This document shows positions 17,466 to 22,910 of a DNA stretch of 22,910 nt, one piece after another. The stretch is taken from contig JAYZQJ010000228.1 in NCBI GenBank assembly GCA_036149055.1, positions 1-22,910 on the forward strand, in the 5' to 3' direction. Under the pieces are notes generated by a model that did no database searches, was not told the origin of the DNA, and saw only the letters and a program-made list of their open reading frames with translations. A program made the translations under genes and the position numbers. The first letter of the stretch is position 1, and every line of letters starts with the position of its first letter. The DNA is from Myxococcota bacterium. Lineage in GTDB: Bacteria; Myxococcota_A; Polyangia; Polyangiales; Sandaracinaceae.

Positions 17466-20400
17466 ATGTCACGGCAACGACGTCTCGCCCTGCACGGCGC
17501 CCTCGTCCTGTCCGGCTTCGCCGCGCTGGTGTACCAGATCAGCTGGACCCGGATGCTGCACCGGGTCTTCGGCGTCGGGGACCTCGCCGTGGCCACGGTG
17601 CTGGCCGCGTTCTTCGGCGGGCTGGGGCTGGGCAGCTTCCTCGCGGGCCGACGCGCGGAGCGGGTCACGCGACCGGCCCGGATCTACGCCGCGCTCGAGA
17701 TCGGCATCGCGGTCTTCGCGTTCGTCTCCCCGTGGCTGCTCCCGTGGGTCGGCACCGCCTACGCGGCGATCGGGCGCGACGCATCGGGGGGGACCCTGAC
17801 CCTGTGGCGGCTCGGGGTCGCCCTGGTCCTGCTGCTCCCCCCCACCGTGGCGATGGGCGCGACCCTCCCGATCTTGGCCCGGGCCGTGTCGCGCGACGCG
17901 TGGTCTCGGCACGTCACGGGGCTCTACGTGAGCAACACGCTCGGCGCGGTGCTGGGCGCCGGAGTGGCGGGCCTGGTGCTGCTCCCCCGCCTGGGCGGAC
18001 GCAGCTCCACCTGGATCGCCGCGGCGGCCAGCCTCGCGGCGGCGGCCTGGGTGGGCGCCGTGTTCCGCGGCGTGGTCGTCGAAGCCGACGCGCCGTCCGA
18101 GCGGGCCGAGGAGACCGCGACCGAGGCGCGGGAGGCCCGGCCGTCCATCGCGCTGCCCGCGGCCCTGGCGCTGGGGACGGGGCTCGCGTCGCTCGCCGGC
18201 GAGGTCCTCTGGACCCGGCTGCTCCGCACCGTCCTGCACGCGACGACGCAGGCCTTCGCGGCCATGCTCGTCTGCTATCTCCTCGGGATCGCCCTCGGAG
18301 GGTTGATCGCGCGTCGTCTGGCCCGGACGGGCGAGGGCGCGTCCCGCGCGCTCGCGGTCACGCAGGCGCTCGCCGCGGTCATGACGGTGCTCGCGATGGT
18401 GTCGCTCCCGCATCTCGTGCGGCTGATCCCCATCCTGCGCAACGAGGTGAGCTTCGTCCCCCACGAGCCGGGGGTCATCCTCACGGTGGCCGGGCTGCTC
18501 CTCCTCCCGCTGGCCGTGGTGCTGGGGACCGGGTTGCCGCTGACCTGGAAGCTCGCCGAGAACGACAGCGCCGGCGCGGCGCGGGGGACGGGGGCGCTCC
18601 TCGCGGCCAACACCCTCGGCGGGCTGTGCGGCTCGCTGCTCGCCGGCTTCTTCCTCGTCCCGGCGGTCGGGGTGGAGGCGGCGCTCTTCGTGGTGGTCTT
18701 CGTCCACCTGATCGTGGCGGGGCTCGCCGCCCGACGGGCCGCGGCCTCGCTCGGGCCCGCGGTGAAGTCGCTCGCCCTGACGGCGCCGCTCGCGCTGGGC
18801 GTGGTGGCGATCTGGCTGGGGCCCTCCGTCGAGCTCCCGTACCTGCTCCGCGCGGACGAGAACGCGATCGCCTCTCTCGTGCAGGGACCGAGCGCCCCGT
18901 GGCGCGACTCGATCGTCTTCCTGCGCGAGGGCAGGAACGCCACCGTGACGGTCATTCGAAACCCGAGCGGCCTGCGCCTCTACAACGACGGTCGACCGGA
19001 GTCCGGGTTCGGAGCGCGAGACCCGGGGTTCGGGCCCGAGCTGGCGCTGCTCGGCGGCGCGCCCGCCCTGTTCGGCTCCGAGCGGCGCCGGGCGATGGCG
19101 ATCGGCCTCGGGGGAGGGCACACGAGCAGCCTGCTCCTCGCCGGAGGCTTCGAGCGCGTCGACGTCGTCGAGCTGGAGGAGGCCATCGTCGAGGCTGCGC
19201 GGCTGATGCACGAGGCGCGCGAGACTCCGTTCCCGTTGGATGACCCGCGGGCGACCCTGTACATCGACGACGCGCGCAACCGTCTCGCGCTCGCGGAGCC
19301 CGGCGCGTACGACGCCGTGGTCTCTCAGCCCTCGCACCCCTGGCTCGCGGGGTCGAGCGCGCTCTACACCCGCGAGTTCTTCGGCGAGGTCGACCAGGCG
19401 TTGAGCGAGCGCGGCGTGTTCTCGCTGTGGGTCAACCTCTTCCGGATCCGCCCGCGGCACGTCCGGGCCGTGGTCCGAACCCTGACCGAGACGTTCCCGC
19501 ACGTTCAGGGCTTCATCGTCGATCAGTCGAGCTTGCTGCTCGTGGCGTCGCGGCACCCGCAGCCCTGGGGGCCCGAGCTCGCGAGTCGGCTGGAGACCCT
19601 GTCCGCCCGTTACCTCGAGCCGCACGGCATCGCTTCGCGGGGCGCCCTCGCGGCCGCGCTGGAGCTCGACGACGAGGCGGCACGGGCGCTCGGTGAGGGG
19701 GCCGAGATCATCGTGGACGACCGGCCGATGCTGGAGTTCGAGCTGGCGCGCACGGCGCCCACCGCCTTCGTCGGCCCGGCGGACCTCGACCGCGCGCTCG
19801 CTCGGGTGCCGTGGTGGTCCGAGGGGCTCGCCGAGCGCTGGCCGCAGAGTGAGCGGTTGGAGGCGTTCCTTCGCCGCGTGGCCGCGGTCGTCGCCCGCCC
19901 CCTCGCGCTGGATCGGGTCGAGCTGAGCCTGGATCACGCGGGGCTCTCGAGCGCCGAGCGAGCGCTGGTCGAGGGCGCGCTCGCGGAGGCCCGCGGAGAC
20001 ATCGGCGGCGCGCTCCGCGCTTACGATCGCGCGGCCACCCCCGAGGCGGCGGCCCGGGCGGACGAGCTCCGCGTGGCCGAGGACATGCCCTGGCGAGCGC
20101 TGCGCGTCGCGGCCGGACGTCAGGTCGCGCCCGCGCGGTCCACGGCGCTGCTTCGAGCGGCGCTCCAGGTGGATCGGGAGTGGGCGTACCAGGTCGCGCT
20201 CGACATCGCGAGCCGGGTCGGCGCTGCGGACGAGGCAGCGCTCCTCGGGTTCGTGCGCCTCCGGGCGGCGGAGCCGTGTCGGGCGTGGCGGGAGAGCCCG
20301 CGCCAGACCGAGACGATGGCGCGCGTCGTCGGCGAGGTGGCCGCGATCGCGCGCGAGTGCGCCGACGCTGCGGACGACCGAGACGGGGCGCGCCGCCTCG

Positions 20401-20756
20401 AGACGCTCTCGGTCCGGGCGCGCCGGGCCGAGGCGGAGGGAGCGTACGAACGCGGCGAGGCCTGCCGCGCCGGAGGCAACGGGGGCTGCGCCTTGATGCT
20501 GCTGCGGCGCGCGACTCGCGCCTACCCGAGCCACAGCCGCGCGGCGATCGCCCTCGCGACCATTCACCATCGCGCCGGGCGCACCGAGGACGCGAGGCGG
20601 GCGCTGATCGCCGCGTTCGAGGCCACCCAGGGAGTCGGCCCGTCGCAGATGCGGCTCGGCGCGGCGGCCCGGGAGCTGGGGATCCAGATCCGCGGGCTCG
20701 ACGAGGCCCCCACGTCGGACGGGTCACCGACGTCGGCGGCGCCCACGCCGCGCTGA
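17466..20756 (+). CDS. Fused multi-TM (MFS-like)/spermidine-synthase-like SAM-dependent transferase with C-terminal TPR-like helical region
   Basis: LSGFAALVYQISWTR..FG, LLPPTVAMGATLP, LYVSNTLGAVLG, second TM repeat (EVLWTRLL..ANTLGGLCGS), IGLGGGHT, VDVVELE, DDARN, YDAVVSQPSHPW..LYTREFF. Confidence 0.85.
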   Translation: MSRQRRLALHGALVLSGFAALVYQISWTRMLHRVFGVGDLAVATVLAAFFGGLGLGSFLAGRRAERVTRPARIYAALEIGIAVFAFVSPWLLPWVGTAYAAIGRDASGGTLTLWRLGVALVLLLPPTVAMGATLPILARAVSRDAWSRHVTGLYVSNTLGAVLGAGVAGLVLLPRLGGRSSTWIAAAASLAAAAWVGAVFRGVVVEADAPSERAEETATEAREARPSIALPAALALGTGLASLAGEVLWTRLLRTVLHATTQAFAAMLVCYLLGIALGGLIARRLARTGEGASRALAVTQALAAVMTVLAMVSLPHLVRLIPILRNEVSFVPHEPGVILTVAGLLLLPLAVVLGTGLPLTWKLAENDSAGAARGTGALLAANTLGGLCGSLLAGFFLVPAVGVEAALFVVVFVHLIVAGLAARRAAASLGPAVKSLALTAPLALGVVAIWLGPSVELPYLLRADENAIASLVQGPSAPWRDSIVFLREGRNATVTVIRNPSGLRLYNDGRPESGFGARDPGFGPELALLGGAPALFGSERRRAMAIGLGGGHTSSLLLAGGFERVDVVELEEAIVEAARLMHEARETPFPLDDPRATLYIDDARNRLALAEPGAYDAVVSQPSHPWLAGSSALYTREFFGEVDQALSERGVFSLWVNLFRIRPRHVRAVVRTLTETFPHVQGFIVDQSSLLLVASRHPQPWGPELASRLETLSARYLEPHGIASRGALAAALELDDEAARALGEGAEIIVDDRPMLEFELARTAPTAFVGPADLDRALARVPWWSEGLAERWPQSERLEAFLRRVAAVVARPLALDRVELSLDHAGLSSAERALVEGALAEARGDIGGALRAYDRAATPEAAARADELRVAEDMPWRALRVAAGRQVAPARSTALLRAALQVDREWAYQVALDIASRVGAADEAALLGFVRLRAAEPCRAWRESPRQTETMARVVGEVAAIARECADAADDRDGARRLETLSVRARRAEAEGAYERGEACRAGGNGGCALMLLRRATRAYPSHSRAAIALATIHHRAGRTEDARRALIAAFEATQGVGPSQMRLGAAARELGIQIRGLDEAPTSDGSPTSAAPTPR

Positions 20757-20758
20757 CG

Positions 20759-21040
20759 TCAGAAGCCGGTGCGGCCGCCGGGGCCCGACTCGCGGGGGCC
20801 GCGCACGGCGAGGCCGAAGACGGGCTCGTAGGTCACGTAGTGGATCGTGCGGTCCTTGGCCTCGGCCTCCAGGTGGGTCTCGTGGAGGGTGAGGCGGACG
20901 ATCTCGGTGAGCACCGTGGTGCTGCTCGAGCCCCCGAGGTAGACCGAAGCCCGATGCTCATCGGCGGCCAGGTAATCCTCGCCCTTCTTGTCGAGGCCCG
21001 AGGACTTGTCGAGGATGTCGGCGAGAAGCTTGCGGTCCAT
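20759..21040 (-). CDS. Small hypothetical protein (93 aa)
   Basis: C-terminal part of ORF 20759..22705 (MDRKLLADILDK...GGRTGF) has normal residue composition and GC-ending codons, and fills the gap between two plus-strand genes. Alternative ATG at 21049. Confidence 0.75.
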   Translation of the reverse strand: MDRKLLADILDKSSGLDKKGEDYLAADEHRASVYLGGSSSTTVLTEIVRLTLHETHLEAEAKDRTIHYVTYEPVFGLAVRGPRESGPGGRTGF

Positions 21041-21127
21041 CCCGCGCATCCTGGTTCGCGCCGCCGTGGGGGTCAAGCGTGGGCTGCGGTCCTCGCGCTC
21101 GGGCTGCTGCTGGGCTGCGGCGGGCCC

Positions 21128-21883
21128 ATGGCGGACGGCCGCCGGGCGATGGTGCGCGGCGACTTCGAGGGCGCGGCGGCGGCCTTCCGGAGGGCCACCG
21201 AGGAGACGCCGGACGATCCCCGCGCGTGGCTCGCGCTCGGCCGCGCCGAGATGAACGCGGAGCGCTACCCGCGCGCCCGGGAGGCCTTCACGCGGGTGGC
21301 GTCCCTGCGCGGGTCGGCCGCGCTGCCGCGGGTGCTGATCGGACACACCTGGGAGCTCCAGCGCCGCTACGACGAGGCGCTGATCGCCTACCGGCACGCG
21401 GTCGAGGTCGCCCCCCGGTCGGCCTACGCGCACCGGGTGCTCGGCACGCGGCTGCTCCGCTGGGGCGAGCCGGCGCTGGCCCTCGCGTCGCTCGAGCGCT
21501 CGCTGGAGCTGGACCCCGAGCACGCCGAGACGTGGAACGCGCTCGGGCTCGCTCGCTATCACGCCGACGACCGGCCGGGCGCCGAGCGCGCGTTCCGGGA
21601 CGGGCTCGCCCGGCACCCGGAGCACGTCGGGCTGTCGCTCGGGCTGGCCGCGATGCTGGTGAACGAGGGCCGCCACGAGGAGGCGCTCTCGGTGTACGAC
21701 CGGGTGGTGGGCCTCGCGCCGACCTTCGCCCCGGCGCACGTCGGCCGCGGGATCCTGCTCCACGAGCTCGGCCGCGAGGACGACGCGGAGGCGGCGTTCG
21801 TGCGCGCGGTCGAGGTGGCGCGGCGCCCGGCGCGCTTCCGCCGCCGCCTCGAAGCCTACCGCGCCCTGCGCCGCGGCGATTGA
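21128..21883 (+). CDS. Tetratricopeptide repeat protein, probably a lipoprotein (true start uncertain, likely near 21066-21080)
   Basis: About 6-7 TPRs (PDDPRAWLALG, DPEHAETWNALG, APTFAPAHVGRG). In-frame WAAVLALGLLLGC precedes the first ATG. Confidence 0.8.
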   Translation: MADGRRAMVRGDFEGAAAAFRRATEETPDDPRAWLALGRAEMNAERYPRAREAFTRVASLRGSAALPRVLIGHTWELQRRYDEALIAYRHAVEVAPRSAYAHRVLGTRLLRWGEPALALASLERSLELDPEHAETWNALGLARYHADDRPGAERAFRDGLARHPEHVGLSLGLAAMLVNEGRHEEALSVYDRVVGLAPTFAPAHVGRGILLHELGREDDAEAAFVRAVEVARRPARFRRRLEAYRALRRGD

Positions 21884-21916
21884 CCGGGGAGGGCGGCGCT
21901 CTCTACTCTCCACGTC

Positions 21917-22654
21917 GTGATGGCGCGCGCGTTCGTGGTGTTCGGGGTCAGCTTGGCGATCGTCGTCGGCCTCGTGAGCGACGTCGACGCGCAGCGCCGG
22001 AGGCGTCGACGCGCGCAGCCCCCGCCCAACGGGACGCTGATGGTGCAGACGACGGTCGACGGCGCCGAGGTGCTGGTCGACGAGTCGACGGTGGGCTTCA
22101 CGCCGCTCGAGAGCCCGATCGAGCTGCCGCCCGGCGAGCACACGGTTCGCGTGCGCCGCCCCGGCTACACCGAGTTCGACGACGTCGTCACCGTGCAGCC
22201 CGGCCGTGGCGCGGTGGTGAACGCCGATCTGATCGCGCTGGCGATGGTGGTCACGGTCCGCTCGGACCCGGACGAGGCCCGGGTGTTCGTGGACGGCACC
22301 TTCCGCGGCAACACGCCGATCGAGCTGGAGCTGATCGAGGGCGAGCACCAGCTGCGCGTGACCGCGCCCCGGTTCCAGGAGCACACCCGCACGCTCACCG
22401 CGATCCCGGGTGAGCTCGAGCTGATCGACGTGACCCTCGAGGCGGTCCCCGAGGAGCTGCTCAACCCTCGCGCGCCCGAGTGGTACGAGGAGCCGGTCAC
22501 GTGGATCGCGATCGGAGGCGGCGCCGCCGCGCTGGCGGTGATCATCGTCATCGTCGCGGTGGTGACCCAGCAGCCCGGCCCGCCGCTCCAGGACTTCTGC
22601 GGCGAGAACGACGAGATGTGCGATCTCGTCGTGCGGCCCGGCTGGGAGTTTTGA
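21917..22654 (+). CDS. PEGA-domain protein with signal peptide and C-terminal TM anchor
   Basis: Signal peptide ending VDA. Two PEGA domains (DGAEVLVD..GFTPL..PGEH, SDPDEARVFVDG..GNTP..GEH). WYEEPVTW followed by a hydrophobic helix. Confidence 0.88.
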   Translation: MMARAFVVFGVSLAIVVGLVSDVDAQRRRRRRAQPPPNGTLMVQTTVDGAEVLVDESTVGFTPLESPIELPPGEHTVRVRRPGYTEFDDVVTVQPGRGAVVNADLIALAMVVTVRSDPDEARVFVDGTFRGNTPIELELIEGEHQLRVTAPRFQEHTRTLTAIPGELELIDVTLEAVPEELLNPRAPEWYEEPVTWIAIGGGAAALAVIIVIVAVVTQQPGPPLQDFCGENDEMCDLVVRPGWEF

Positions 22655-22655
22655 C

Positions 22656-22793
22656 TTGTCGGGCAGGGGCGGGTCCGCCCCCGCCCCCCCGCTGCGCCGG
22701 CACAACGGTCACCACTCCGGCTGCTCCGCAGCCTACGCGGTGACCGCTGCACCGGCTCCGCGGGGCCCCCCCACCCACTCCGGGACCTCGCTC
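22656..22793. repeat. Copy B of the dispersed structured repeat, inverted relative to copy A; may extend to about 22880
   Basis: Aligns to the reverse complement of 1-140 and starts 1 nt after the PEGA gene TGA. Further hairpins follow (ccccagcgc/gcgctgggg; ctcgcgc-ttc-gcgcgag). Confidence 0.9.
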
Positions 22794-22910
22794 CGCTCGG
22801 CCCCGACCCCAGCGCGGGGCGCTGGGGGCCCCCGCGGCTCGCGCTCGCGCTTCGCGCGAGCTGGCCGCCCGCTGCCGCGGGATCGGACCGGCGAGGGTGC
22901 GTGCGGCGAC

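Overview
Very GC-rich bacterial DNA. Gene content suggests a myxobacterium (Myxococcota, Polyangia/Sandaracinus-like; inference). Left to right: (1) a four-gene minus-strand operon of exported proteins joined by 4-nt stop/start overlaps: HEAT-repeat protein, PQQ-propeller/HEAT/TonB-C-like lipoprotein, DUF192 lipoprotein, cyclophilin lipoprotein; (2) a large phosphodiester-glycosidase-like protein; (3) a 427-bp structured intergenic region, then a Ser/Thr kinase with four PEGA domains; (4) a type IV pilin locus with three pilins, a PilG/XapA-like protein coupled to a TMTC-like GT-C glycosyltransferase, and a PilR-like sigma54 activator; (5) a fused membrane/spermidine-synthase-like methyltransferase, a small hypothetical protein, a TPR protein and a PEGA protein. 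The pilA regulatory architecture is readable directly: a -24/-12 promoter, two palindromic enhancer-like sites 32 bp apart, and an intrinsic terminator. Main highlights: (a) both window ends carry inverted copies of a >=140-bp repeat with compensatory stem changes, each placed right after a TGA stop; (b) a candidate TMTC-type pilin glycosylation module; (c) the PilR Walker A Lys is replaced by Gln; (d) several genes appear leaderless and one appears to start at CTG. All family calls come from motif recognition, not database searches.
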